Part shown: positions 13,170 to 26,890 of the stretch, piece after piece
Layout: each line of letters starts with the position of its first letter
Numbering within the stretch: the stretch's first letter is position 1
Origin: Octopus bimaculoides
Lineage: Eukaryota
Direction of reading: 5' to 3'
Length of the DNA: 64,000 nt
NCBI RefSeq assembly: GCF_001194135.2
Contig: NC_068991.1
Location: forward strand, 15,045,761-15,109,760
Translations under genes and position numbers: made by a program
The notes under the pieces: model-generated
What the model saw: only the letters and a program-made list of their open reading frames with translations
What the model was told of the DNA's origin: nothing
Databases searched by the model: none

Positions 13170-14559
13170 NNNNNNNNNNNNNNNNNNNNNNNNNNNNNNN
13201 NNNNNNNNNNNNNNNNNNNNNNNNNNNNNNNNNNNNNNNNNNNNNNNNNNNNNNNNNNNNNNNNNNNNNNNNNNNNNNNNNNNNNNNNNNNNNNNNNNNN
13301 NNNNNNNNNNNNNNNNNNNNNNNNNNNNNNNNNNNNNNNNNNNNNNNNNNNNNNNNNNNNNNNNNNNNNNNAAAAAAAAAAAAAAAACAGAAAAGAAAAG
13401 AAAACTATAAAAGTAAATTTAGCTGTTACTGAAAATGTTTGTTGATTATAAGAGCCATTCAGTCCATACCCGCCTGCAAAACGGACATTAAAAGGATGAT
13501 AATGATGATGATGATTAAGCAGTATTTAAAGACTTCTTGCTTTCTCCAAGCTATAATTTATTCATCATTATCTTTCCCCTGCCCCCACCATTTTTGAAGT
13601 CCATTTTTCCGGGTTTGCATGTCAGATGAAATCTGTTGAGGCTAAGTTTCTACAACTGGATGCCCTTCCTGTCACCAATCCTCACCTGTTTCCAAGTAAG
13701 ATTAATATTTCCCCCATGGCCAGTCATGCTTACATAGAAAACTGCACACAATCAACACTGCTTGTATGACAGTGAAGCTCAATTACAACTATCATGTGAC
13801 GTCAAGGCAATGGAACAAACACACATACATTTATGACTGGCTTCTTTTAGTTTACATCTACCAAATCCAATCACAGGGATTAGGTCAACCTACAGCTATA
13901 GTAGAAGAAACTTGCCCAATGTGACACAGTGAGACTGAACCCAAAACCATGCAATTGGGAAGCCAACTCCTTAACTACACAGCCATGCCTGCACCTATTT
14001 AAACACTCAGCCCTTTGAAACCATTAGTTAATTACACTGTGCTTCCATTGATGGATTTAAACACTGTCATGCTATCTACATGGCAACAGTCCAATGATTG
14101 ATGTTGGTAAAATTATAAAATGATTGACAAGTGTATTGAAACAGCATAAAAGAAGTGCTTTTGATCGGTGAAGGACACAAGTTGACAGGATCAACAGATT
14201 GATTCTTCTTCATGAGTCAATTGGGTGCAAGAAAACACAAGAGGCTAACAAGTCTTACTTTCTATCAGCAACACTTACAGATCATTTGAGAAAGTCGACC
14301 ACACAAATGTATTTTGTAAAAGTCAATAAACCGCCAAAGCAATGAAAGGGGGGGAAATATCAACAATAAAAAGACAAGGAAAATACAGGTAAAACATATC
14401 AAGAAAACAAAAAAAAAAATTGTGGGAGCATAAGAAGAGGAGAGATAGAGGGAGAATGTGCATGCATATACTAATCAGAATTATGCATTAAAAGTGTCTC
14501 ATAAGGAGTGACAAAAAAAAATGAATTATCAATAATTCAAATACAATTACACCTGGACA

Positions 14560-14595
<36 letters not shown>

Positions 14596-16098
14596 CATCT
14601 TTCATTCACCTCAACACATTATTTTCTCTGTCCATTTTTTTTTTTCCTCTTAATCCATTCTATCGAAGAGAGTAGATTCAAAACGTAAAAGACATTTCTA
14701 TTCTTCCCGAGCATTAAACTAATACACCTGCTTGTTGTTCCTACACCTGTCTTCGCCTTTTGCTTTCTGTAAATTTGAACTATACATACATATATGTGTG
14801 TGTGTGTGTGTGTGTGTGTATACACACACACACACACACAACCTTGATTTACAAATGCTTCTCATTATGAACAAGTGGTTTATGAACAATTTTTTAAACA
14901 TAAAACTTCTCGAGTGACATAAATGTTTCAAGTAACAAACACACAAGCTAGGAACAATGGTTGGCAACAAGCTAGAAGCATCAGCAAGATGGTCTCCACT
15001 GTATATTTATATTCAAAATGCTACTCAAATGAATAAACTGATTGCAATGTGTGTTCTCTCTAACCCAGAGGATAGGTAGGTACTGATGAAGCCCAAATTT
15101 CCTATAAATGAAGACCAAAACCTGCCCCTCTCCTCAACAAAAATAACATTACCCACAAGTGTCTGGTACTTTATCTGCCATAGTTATATCTCCTACATGT
15201 AGACTTGACAAACTGTAATGCAGTTTCACACAATAGATCATCAATCAGTCATGATTGTCTGATGATCCGTTTCATGAAACTCTAAATAACAGTTTGCAAA
15301 GTTTTTACAGCTTCAATAAAATACCATTTTACCCTACCTTTGGTATTAAAGGACTATATTTCCATCTTGTTTTGCACCTATGTGCTCACACCTATGTGTT
15401 TATGGGTGTGCATGAGTGTATGTGTGTGTTAAATATATATATATATATATATGTGTGTGTAGAGAGATATACACACAATTGTGTGCACATACTCCTGCAT
15501 ATTTATATGCACATTTAACTAACACAGTCTTACACAAAAACAGTGCAAGTTTGAAGAATTTTCAGTAAGAAATAAAAGTGCCACTACATGAAAATTATAT
15601 ATATATGGAAAAGAAAAGAAAAAAGCTATTCATATTTTCAAACAACATTGTGTTCAAAGAATCATTCCATGCTCTATTATTGTTATGGATTAAGTCTTAG
15701 AAGAAGCAAGGGGAAGAGAAAGAGAAGGGGTANNNNNNNNNNNNNNNNNNNNNNNNNNNNNNNNNNNNNNNNNNNNNNNNNNNNNNNNNNNNNNNNNNNN
15801 NNNNNNNNNNNNNNNNNNNNNNNNNNNNNNNNNNNNNNNNNNNNNNNNNNNNNNNNNNNNNNNNNNNNNNNNNNNNNNNNNNNNNNNNNNNNNNNNNNNN
15901 NNNNNNNNNNNNNNNNNNNNNNNNNNNNNNNNNNNNNNNNNNNNNNNNNNNNNNNNNNNNNNNNNNNNNNNNNNNNNNNNNNNNNNNNNNNNNNNNNNNN
16001 NNNNNNNNNNNNNNNNNNNNNNNNNNNNNNNNNNNNNNNNNNNNNNNNNNNNNNNNNNNNNNNNNNNNNNNNNNNNNNNNNNNNNNNNNNNNNNNNNN

Positions 16099-16142
<44 letters not shown>

Positions 16143-16145
16143 GTA

Positions 16146-16213
<68 letters not shown>

Positions 16214-16485
16214 AAGTAAATTATATTAAGATGAAATGAAAATACTAAAAAATTAAATGAAATGACAAAGCTATAAGGAGATCATTGTTTTGATAAATAT
16301 TACTTGAAACATGAGAATGTGAATGCAAAGAAAATATATAGATAACTAATGGTTGGTAGTGGAGAAGATGTATGTGAGAGAGGGGTGGGGAGAAATCAGT
16401 CTAAACTAAAAGCATATTTGTTTTCAAGAATGTATGTAGAATATCCTTCGAAGTCTTGTTAAACCCGATGTATATTTTTAAAAAA

Positions 16486-16597
16486 TCAGCCACTTAAGCT
16501 AAGAACATCATCATCATCTTCAATGTCATCTTCCTCATCATCATTGTCGTCATCTGTGCTATTGTCATCATGTATGCAAACATGCATATTTTCAATG
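16486..16597 (-). CDS. Candidate short acidic terminal exon (IENMHVCIHDDNSTDDDNDDEEDDIEDDDDVLSLSG*)
   Basis: Acceptor ttcttttaattaaactccaccag|C in phase 2, open to TGA. Could equally be a decayed (ATG)n retroposon tail. Confidence 0.22.
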
Positions 16598-17009
16598 CTG
16601 GTGGAGTTTAATTAAAAGAAACAAGCACTAAAAGAATACTTTCAAGTTTCTCAACGCTGAGTTTCCTATTTCATTTGTGAAACATGGTTACCAAATCTAA
16701 CATACTTCTTCCTCAACACACTGCTGCTGCTGCTGCTGTTGTTGTTAATCTTGCAAACCCTGAACAAGCAGACCTATAAATTGAGGGCCCTCTTGTTGTG
16801 ACCGCTAAGAATCATTTTCAGACATTATCTAATGCATTCCTTTGATAGCTTATTTTCTAAATATTGTGGAGTGTGGTTTGAAGATCTGCTTGCTATTTCT
16901 GGCAGGTCAAAAGATTGCACACACACACACACAGAGGTGCCATTAACCACTCGGTGGTTCTAGCAGGAAAGGAGTTGTCAGCATTGATTGGGTCCGAATC
17001 AACCCTTAA

Positions 17010-17229
17010 CCCTTTCGTTACTGTATTTATTTTGAGACGCTCTGTGTTTCTTTCAATTACTTTAAATATAACAAAGAATTTAGTAAAATAACTTAGTTAT
17101 CACTAAGCTAAGTTAGGAACATAAATTGTGACTAAGGTTTGGTGGAAGATTTTAATTCAAAATTTATGAAAGCAAGACATTTGTACTACAGAGCCAGAGG
17201 CGGTTTCAGCCGGGTTGGTAACGAAAGGG
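17010..17229. mobile_element. 220-bp piggyBac-type MITE
   Basis: 12-bp TIR CCCTTTCGTTAC / GTAACGAAAGGG flanked by TTAA on both sides (17006-17009, 17230-17233). Confidence 0.85.
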
Positions 17230-17298
17230 TTAATGAAGAATGAGTGCGATTAAAAGCAAAAAAACGTTCCCACCACAGAACATCCTGTTGTATTATTC

Positions 17299-17513
17299 TT
17301 GCCAGTACCCGCCTGACTGGCCCTCATGCCGGTGGCACGTAAAAGCACCCACTACACTCTCGGAGTGGTGTGGCGTTAGGAAGGGCATCCAGCTGTAGAA
17401 ACTCTGCCAAATCAGATTGGAGCCTGGTGTCGCCTCCTAGTCTACCAGTCCTCAGTCAAATCGTCCAACCCATGCTAGCATGGAAGGCGGACATTAAACG
17501 ATGATGATGATGA
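17299..17513 (+). mobile_element. Short copy of the RTE 3'-UTR repeat family
   Basis: Same consensus, (ATG)n tail. Confidence 0.85.
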
Positions 17514-18340
17514 GTAAGGTAGCGAGCATCCTGAATTCAAATGCTACTTAGGTAAACTTTGCCCTTTATCTTTTCGGTGTCAATAAAGCAAGTACTAGTC
17601 AAGTGCAGTGGTGGACGTAATCAACTTGCTCCCTGCCCACATCTATTGCTGGCCTTGTGTCAAAATTAGAATTAAAATAATTCAAGAATTGGCAGCTATT
17701 TCTGGTAAATTGAGAAAGCAGCAACCCTCACATTTGCTTTTGCCCATAGGTAGTCAGTCTTCTGTCATTAAACTCCATTTCTAGTATGCCTCTGACCAGC
17801 AATTCAACACTTGCTCATCCACACAGTATCAGCATCAATTCTATTATTCAGTATCAGCATCAATTCACATTATTTTCTCTACCATCCCCATCACCTACCA
17901 AATGCCTAGCTGTGTTAAGTTCTTTGTTATTACCATCACTCTTTCTCTCTCTCTCACACATACACACACACACAAAGAGAGGAACATAACACATAATGCT
18001 GAATGCAGTTGAATCATTCATCTCCAATCACATCTACTTTTCATTTTAATTTCTTTCAATCATAGGCTTGCAGTCATGTTGCGGTGCCACCCTGTAATGT
18101 TTAGTCAAACAAATCTAGACCCCAGTAACAATTTTTTTAAACTGGTACATATTCCATTGAACTCTTCTGAACAGTTAAATTACTGGGTCACAAACAAACC
18201 AACACCAGCTGTCAGGTGCTAGGGAAGAACAAACACGAAACAAAGACACTCACATACATATATATATTATTGGCTAAACTGGCAACATGACCATCCCCAA
18301 ATACAACAATATATATATATATTAAAACATAAGGTAAAAA

Positions 18341-18566
18341 CATTATTTACATTTGACGGATATTTGTCCTCATCTTGTTTGTTGTTAACACAACGTTTCG
18401 GCTGATATACCCTCCAGCCTTCGTCAGGTGTCTTGGGGAAATTTCGAACCTGGGTATATCAGCCGAAACGTTGTGTTAACAACAAACAAGATGAGGACAA
18501 ATATCCGTCAAATGTAAATAATGTAAATAACGTTAATAATTCCTCATCTCTTAAATATAGAACTGT
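18341..18566 (-). mobile_element. Penelope-like element remnant with a 72-bp inverted arm and 12-bp target-site duplication
   Basis: Perfect inverted repeat 18341-18412 / 18452-18523. ATAAGGTAAAAA at 18329-18340 and 18567-18578. Contains the CTGACGA...CGAAACGTT motif typical of PLE pseudo-LTRs. Confidence 0.75.
18387..18432 (-). ncRNA. Minimal type-I hammerhead ribozyme motif
   Basis: Minus strand reads GACAC-CUGACGA-A-GGCUG(10 nt)CAGCC-GAAAC-GUU-GUGUU: helix I 5 bp, helix II 5 bp, core intact, palindromic AACGUU helix III. Confidence 0.65.
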
Positions 18567-18983
18567 ATAAGGTAAAAAATCAGATATTAATTAATATCGA
18601 TTTATTACCAGGAAGCTAGCACCTTGAAAGAATCAAAGGGATTCAGAAAAAATATCTGAGATCTCAGGGGATTAATGTAGATGTGTATATATAACGACGA
18701 CCACTAAGTGGACAGTTAATGAGCTAGAAGAAGATCACATGTAATGTGTCTACTAAGACCTAATAGTTCTCAAATGAAATTCAGCGAAATACCAAACCGT
18801 ATGCGGGCATATATATATATATCTTACTAAAATTGACTTGAAACCATGGTACAGAATATAGATCGGTAATTGTTTTTATTTTTCATTCCCTTTCGAAATT
18901 ATCCCTACTTTTTGTGGTATGTAGTCTTGCTGCTATTTCTAGCGGGTTTCGATGTCCTATTACAGGCATCTCTGTATTTTAAA

Positions 18984-19023
<40 letters not shown>

Positions 19024-19617
19024 CACACACACACACACACAACAGGTTTCCATACAGTTTTGATTAGCCAAATTCCCTCAGAAGTACTGATTGGCCACAG
19101 TTTATGGTAGAAGAGACCCACAAAATACCATACAGTGGGACTGAGCCTGATAGCACATGGTTATAGAGCAGGCTCCTTGACCACAGTCATGCCTGAGCAG
19201 TTTCATTTCACCATGTTAGACTAGTCACAATTGCTGAGTTTACATGTTGTCAGTCGCCTATATATTATACTGTTATGAGTTGAACCATGCTATCAACTAG
19301 GATCAGCTGATAACAAGGTTCAGTCACACTCATTTATCAGTCAACAAAGCTGATAAAAGGAGAACGAGTCTGCAGACTAATTAGTCTGCAGACTAATTTG
19401 CAAAATGACAGCTAATTTGTTGCCTTCGTTATTTATATACATAACTTTGACTATTTTAGCAATTGTTTATTTTTTTGTTGTTGTTGTTGATTTTTGGTTT
19501 CCTTTTGAGGAATAATGATTCAATGACAACATTATCCAAAATGTGGTTTTATTTGTATGTAAATATATGTGTGTGTACGTAAATGTGTATTTATTTGTGT
19601 GTATGTAAATATATATT

Positions 19618-19900
19618 TGTGTCAGTGCCGCTGGACTGGCTCTTGTGCGGGTGGCACATAAATACACCATTTCGAGCATGGCCGTTGCCAGTAGCGCCTG
19701 ACTGGCCTTCGTGCCGGTGGCACGTAAAAGCACCCACTACACTCTCGGAGTGGTTGGCATTAGGAAGGGCATCTAGCTGTAGAAACTCTGCCAAATCAGA
19801 TTGGAGCCTAGTGTAGCCATCTGGTTTCACCAGTCCTCAGTCAAATCGTCCAACCCATGCTAGCATGGAAGGCGGACGTTAAACAATGATGATGATGATG
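19618..19900 (+). mobile_element. Short copy of the RTE 3'-UTR repeat family
   Basis: Same consensus with two internal subrepeats, (ATG)n tail. Confidence 0.85.
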
Positions 19901-22227
19901 TAGATATGTATTTATTTATGGTTGATGTTAGGAAGGGCACCCAGCCATAAAATCCCTGCCAAAACAGACACAGTAGCCTAAGGTAGTTTTTCTACCTGAC
20001 CGGCTCTTGGTCAACCATCCTACCCATACATGGAAGAAGGACCATTAAGCAATGATGATGATGACGATATATAGGCAAATCAAAAATAAAACTAAAAACA
20101 ACAAAATTCAAAAGGATGCACAGAGTAAAATGTATTAGGTTGACGCTCAGTTTAAGAATGGAAACAAGAGCGGGGTGTAAAGTTTTGAGCATGGCTCTTC
20201 ATCAGAAAGAGGAGGAGGAGGAGAAAGATCCAGAGAGCACATGTCTGATTACATGGCTGAAGCGACCAGAAATGGAGAAACACACACACACACACNNNNN
20301 NNNNNACATAACACATACGCACACATCATTGTCTTGTTTTAATGTCCACTTTTCCATGCTTGTATGGGTTAAAGAGTTTATTGAGGTTTATTTTCTCTGA
20401 CCAGATACCCTTCAGGTCACCAAAAAGCAAGGCAATATTTGCACCATGGTCAGACATTCTCACAGAATACTGGAAATGAATGACAGTTTGTAGGATAGCT
20501 GTAAAAGTGTGTGGCTATTATCAGTTTGTATGACAGCCACATGCTTTTACAACTATCACATAAGGTCAAGAGAAGCAGATGCTCACTAACACACACATAC
20601 ACAAATATATATAACTGGCTTCTGTTTCCTTCTACCAAATTCACTTACAAGGCATTGGTCAGTCCAGGTCTACAATACAAGACACTTGCCCTGGGTGTCA
20701 CACAGCCTTCAATAAATTTTGAAGAATTTGGTGGGAATCAGTAAAATGACATTTTTGTTAGTAGTTTGACATTTAGAATCTTGCAGATCTGAACAAAAAA
20801 GCTTAGACACTTAAAATAAGATATAGGGTGGAATAGGGTATCACAGAAGCAGTCTTGGACAGATTTGGTACTGACAGGGTGAAAACCATGGCAAACTATC
20901 CCTGAGATAAGAAGTTAGTCAATCAGACTATCAGATAAAATAAGTTAATGCAATAGGACAACATGGTGGATTGATTTACAAAAAAATAGCGACCAAATCT
21001 CCTTCAAATTACATACTTTAAAAATAATAATGCAGCTTTAAGGCTATTTAATTGAGAAAGCATTTTGCAGCTCTATGATTTTGGGTTCAATCTCACTGCA
21101 ATGCACCTTAAGCTCCCCCTAGGGCTTAGCAAGCTTGTTGTGCATGTGCCTGTGTGTATATATGCACATATGTACATGTGCATATGTGCACGTATACATT
21201 TGATTCTGCGTGTGCTCACGTTAACAGCACCTGAGCAGCACTGATGTCGTTTCTATTCCTGATAAACAAATCTGGCAGCTTGTCAGTTGAACGTGCATAA
21301 GCAGGGAATACAACAGCTTACTTGAAAACAGGTGTGGGTTGGCCAAAAAAAGGGACTTCTGGCCACAGAATATTTCCTCAAGAAAGTTCCATCGAACCCA
21401 TACCAAAATGGGGGGGGGGGTCAGCATAAAAACGATGATGATAACGATGCTGAGGAAGTTTGCCAGGTTAAGAAACATTAAAGTATATAACTAACCATAA
21501 TTCAATATTCAACAAACTCCAATAACAAATTAATTTTCAATACAAAGAACTTTTTCAAACAATTCATCTGCTTATTTACAAGATACAACAGACTTTTTTT
21601 TTTTTTTTTTGAAGAATCTTAATTTCATTATTAATTAAATCACATCAATTTACATTTTCAACTTACAATATTATTCTCCTCGTTTGAAAAACAAAAATAT
21701 CAAATTATAAATAATATGAATAATAAATGAATTAAAATAAAATGCATTAAACATGGAAAAGATTCCGTAATATATTCATTAACCAAATTATTCTAACGTC
21801 ATCAGCCTTAATGTTTCGTTTATCCCAGATTTCCATAGGTTACAGAAGAATCAATTATTAAAATACTTGAATTTACATTATTATACAAATGAAGAAGTTC
21901 TCAATGAAAACTCTCGAATGAGACATTCATGCGAACAAGATAAACAAACAAAAAAACGAATAGACACAACAACAACAACAACAATTGTTAAGTAGATGAT
22001 ATATATAAAACATGGTAGCCAGCCCATTGTGTAAACACACATGAAGAAAACAATGTAAGGCAAGAATAAATAAATATACTGAAAATCCAATAGTCAATAA
22101 AAGAATCAATTCCAACGTAACTCTAACTGAAACAAGCAACTTAATGTACTGCACAAAAACATTAGGCTGCAATCAAATCACTAGGAATTTCAGCTTTAGA
22201 GAACTTAAATATGTAGTGGATTATAAT

Positions 22228-22457
22228 TTAACCCTTCAGTATTCAGGTTATTCTATCAAATGTAATGCTTATTTATTTGCGTTGCTTTTGATTGATCACA
22301 CGTTATCCTGTGGCTTCAAGATTTCAATGATGTGACTGTTTATTTTTAGAATGACATTGAAGGATATAAGCATGAGAGGCCAGATCTGGTTTGGTTTGAA
22401 CATAAAACAAGTAGAATATTTCAGGGCCTGATATGGGGTGGTTTAAATAATAAAGGG
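22228..22457 (+). mobile_element. Copy of the ~215-bp TTAA-flanked MITE
   Basis: ttaacccttcagtattcagg...tttaaataataaaggg. Confidence 0.7.
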
Positions 22458-22739
22458 TACTTGAATGCGAAATATACATCATGTTAAACCAACAAGGGAA
22501 TCTCTACGTAGGTGATTTAGCTGCTACTACCAGCATCAAATTTGCAGTTGTTAAGAATGCTGGTTAAACATCCTGTGCCTGTTGGTTCAATTCTTTATAT
22601 TCTGAGTTCAAATCCTACTGAGATTAACCTTGCCTTTCATCTTTCCAGGGTCAATAATTACGTATCAATCCATGGCAATGGATTGACAAAACTGTTAGGG
22701 AGTCAGGCAAGATAGTTTGCAATATCTGTTCAAGATCTT

Positions 22740-23150
22740 TGTATACCGGCAGTAATGATTGTAACAATACTGGTGCTAAGCTGTATCACCCCAAAACAGC
22801 AGCATTTCCCTTGGATAAACATAGGTAGCATAGAGAGAGGGGAGACTTGCATTCATGTCGAACTGCCTTTTTTCCTCAAAACAATCTTGCCCAGATCTGA
22901 GCATATATGTATAGATGTATGGTCAACCTTGTCAAATGAAAACCAAGGCCCCTGAGAGTACCATCTGTGGTCTCTTATCAAACATGACCACTTTGTGCCA
23001 GTCTTTGCTGCCATGGCTGTCTCCCTAGCAGCTTTGATCAGCTGTTTGGGTTCCAAGCCAATCTTTTGCAGTAAACAATGTATTCATCTTGCTGGCTTCA
23101 ATGAGAATGAGATTGCATTCCTTTCTTTGGTCAAGTTGTGATATTTCTAG
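22740..23150 (-). mobile_element. Highly decayed CR1/L2-type reverse transcriptase relic
   Basis: FSFDKVDH resembles DFAKAFDKVDH; multiple stops and frameshifts. Confidence 0.4.
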
Positions 23151-24185
23151 CCACATTACACCTTGTACTGATGTGTAACATTAAGTAAAAGATCAGTTTG
23201 TACACATGAAGAGCCATACTGTCTATTTGACAGCCACAAGTACATTAGTGATAAATTAGTTTACTGACCTCCTACCCAAGCAATCGGTTGTGTTATAGAT
23301 AACTTGTCTGAGGTTAGACAATTGAACTATGAATAGTTAAGGCATTACAAATCAGACAAGACATCTAACCAAACACTAACATTTCCATCAAACATTAACC
23401 CAAACACACATTTTTACTCAACTGAAGTCGGGGTTGAAGAAGGACGAGCTTCACCAAGTTTAAAATGCCCAAGTCATGCCGTACGTCACAACTGGGCCCC
23501 TATACAAGCCCACCGAGAACTGATGGCAAACTACATTGTAGGAACTACAGATTCCTTTAACACAAGTTTTCACAAATTTATAGGAAAACAAGATTAGATT
23601 TTGAAACATCATTTCATTTGTAAATGATGAAAAAAATGAATTCAAGTAATTAATAAATGCTAATGAATTGTGCTGACAAGGAATTAACAGTCTGCTCTAT
23701 TATGTATATGGAGTTCATTTGAATGGAACTAATAAATAACTACCAAATTATTCTTCAAAAATTCTAAAGGAAAAAAAGATATGTTTACCAATCATCGATG
23801 TAATGCATTTAATTGTTTGAACATTGTCTCTCTCAATTCCAGTTGCAAAGATTTTTTTTTTTTAAAGAATGCCAGCTAAGTTGGTGAGGAAGAGGGTTTG
23901 ATTAAAAAAATTATAGATGCTTATTCAGAATGGGTGTGATAAGGTTAGAACAACTTCTGGCATTTCTGGTAACAACTTAATTTACCAGAACCCTGCAAAA
24001 TTGTGGGAAACTCAATCACTTGACTATGTTTTTTCCATTCTAAAATTGGTTAAGGGGAAAATAAAAACGAATTCTTAAGAGAACATTATTATGAACACTA
24101 GTACAAAAGTATCTTAGTTCTTGCACTCTAAATCACCATCATCAGCAGCAGCAGCAGCAGTAGTAGCAGTAGTAGAAGTAGTAGT

Positions 24186-24400
24186 AAGGTAGCAAGCTTG
24201 CAAAATTGTTAGCACATTGGACAAAATGCTTAACAACATTTGTTCTGACTCGTCAGATTACGAGTTTGAATTTCACCGAGGTCAACTTCACTTCATTCCA
24301 CCAGGGCCAACAAAATAAGGTACCAGTTAAGTACTTAGAGTCGAAGTAACTGACTTGCTCCTCCTCTCAAAATTGCTGGCGTTGTGCCAAAACTTGAAAC
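24186..24400 (+). mobile_element. Third SINE-like family (~210 bp)
   Basis: aaggtagcaagcttgc...gagtttgaatttcaccgaggtcaact...aaaattgctggc. Related copies at about 17515-17680, 22560-22680 and 10660-10760. Confidence 0.65.
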
Positions 24401-25407
24401 TTTCAAGGCAGAAGCTTCGTAACAGCTGCAATGTTAAGTGGTGGGTTACTGTTCAGATCAAGTTTATCTTTTAAACAAAGAACAAATTCCACTCCACCCG
24501 CTTTATGACTTAAATAAATAGGTAACATCTGGCTGTAAATGGTTCCCACACATTAGACCCCATGACATACTAGAAATAGCAGTTAAAAAGTGAATAACAA
24601 TCTTAACATGTTAACTGCCAAAACCTGTTACTTGAACTTACTAGTGACGCCATGTATTTCCAGTCATACCATATATTGTTTAATTACAAGGAAATGTCAA
24701 ATTTTTAGCATTTTTGCAATATGTCATAAGTAACCTCTAATATTTCGCTCTTATGTTATTTAAATATCCTGGAAACAATGTCAAAGATACACATTCAGAA
24801 ATCATTTCTATGCAGAAAAAAAAACAGAAGGCTCAGTTTGCTCTTAGAGAAAGTGTGCTGAATCTGAGGAGTAAAAACAGGTGAGGGTTGGCAACAGGAA
24901 GTTCATCCAATCATAAAATCTTGCCATATTAAAGCCCTGTGCAACCCAAACTAGCATAGTAAAACAAATATGAAACAAACAAACAAATGCTTATACAAAC
25001 AGGACTAACTCCCCATTCTTACAAATGTACAAGAATGTCCTTACAAAGTTTAATAAAGATTTGTATTTAAAAAACAATAGGAACATTCAATTCATTCATC
25101 ATCATTTTCATCAATTTGGATCTGCTATTTCATGTTGATAAGGATTTAATTCTCAACTTTATCTGTTCTTTTTCCCTGGCCATATGAAACAAATTTACAT
25201 TCAAAATTGTAAAATATATTTTGCACTAAAAAACAAAACTTATTTTCATTACACACACAATGATATGAACAATAAAAAATTCATCTCATTGTGGACAATA
25301 TTTTCCTAATACCATCAAAATCATTATAAATATTTTGATGCCTGTTTTATTCATGTTGATATGAGGAGACAGGCATATATGAGATACATGTAAATATAAA
25401 AGTCCAT

Positions 25408-25454
<47 letters not shown>

Positions 25455-26027
25455 TATGTGCACAAAATAGGGGTCATCACAAACACCACAGCACGCAACC
25501 CATCTAATAAATGCAATAATGGATACAGGAGAGAAGAGTCTCTTTAATCCTGTCACAGAAAACCTCTTGAATGTACGGCAAAATTCCTCTGGTATATTCA
25601 ATAACATGGTTGCTATTAGAAAGAATACCCAACCGACATGCTAGAATGAAGGAGGCGCAAAGGCCATATCATAGGCCATCAACCTATTTCTCTAAGCACA
25701 ACAAAACCAACTTTTTATAAAAATGAATCTTGTGACCTGAATCTGACATCTCTAAATTGGACACATCTGTGTACAATGTTATTTCCACACTTGACTGAAA
25801 TCTAAACAATAACACAATTCCCCTTTCAAATTAAACAAAATCTTTCAACAATAACCTATCAACTCACAGCCTACAAACATGCTTTCTTCCTATCCTCTTC
25901 TATCCCCTTTCCTATACATCTACTCCTTAGACATGCATACATACATGCCTAATTATCATTTCACACAGCTTCACATACCCCAGAAAAACAGCTTGCCAAA
26001 CACTATATAACTTGACATAAAAACAAA

Positions 26028-26062
<35 letters not shown>

Positions 26063-26072
26063 NNNNNNNNNN

Positions 26073-26117
<45 letters not shown>

Positions 26118-26651
26118 CTCTTTTTGCCTTCATCAGACAATCAAAACAAGGCAGCTAAGCTGAAACTTTCAAGTTAATGCCAACCTTTTCTATGTGAAAA
26201 AATGAAATACGATAGCCAACAGTAATGTATTGAGTGACACTCCAATTAACATTTGATTGTACTTTTGTAGCCATACATACAAAACAAGCATTGATATATG
26301 TCTGTGAGTGTGTATATGTGGCTGTGTTTGGATTTATAAACGTGAGGTAAAAAAATTTCAACATATGTATAGAATCAGGTTTATTTATTTGAAGCTCTAG
26401 CTTCCCCTCCATGAACACAATGGAAACAAACTTATGCAGAAGTGGAGGGAAGCTACAACTAAAAAGAGAATATATATTTACATACATTTGTATATATACA
26501 TACAAGCAGGTATGTATGTTCACTTTTTAGTTAAGCCCTCCACTATGTAGAGTGACCATTTTATATATATATATATTGCGATTTTGGATTTGGTTGGCGA
26601 GATTCTTTATGTGAGTTCGTGTGCAGAAGCATATTCTGTTGTGTCTGGCAA

Positions 26652-26890
26652 GAGTCATTCTCTTTTAGTGCCTTATAATTTAACATACTCACTGGTGAAA
26701 TTTCCACTCATTTACTTATTCATTTTCATAAAATTTTCGTTGTCTTGCAACCTTTTCAATAGATGTTGACTCAACAACTAGTGAAAATGTTGCAAGACGC
26801 AAAGAAAATTTTAGAAACATAAATAAGTAAATGCGTGGAAATTTCACCAGTGAGTATGTTAAATTATAAGACATTAAAAGAGAACGACTC
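26652..26890. repeat. Imperfect foldback with ~105-bp arms
   Basis: The core ttataatttaacatactcactggtgaaatttccac is perfectly inverted at about 26835-26870. Confidence 0.85.

Noticed and set aside
14273-14400. Strong donor-like CT|gtaagt on the minus strand
   Set aside because: No AG acceptor within more than 120 nt upstream and no coding-like frame.
14655-14765. Possible exon (SNLQKAKGEDRCRNNKQVY*) or second hammerhead
   Set aside because: Looks like a decayed Penelope-type terminal repeat; the core (gaagagagtagattcaaaacgt) is too degenerate to call.
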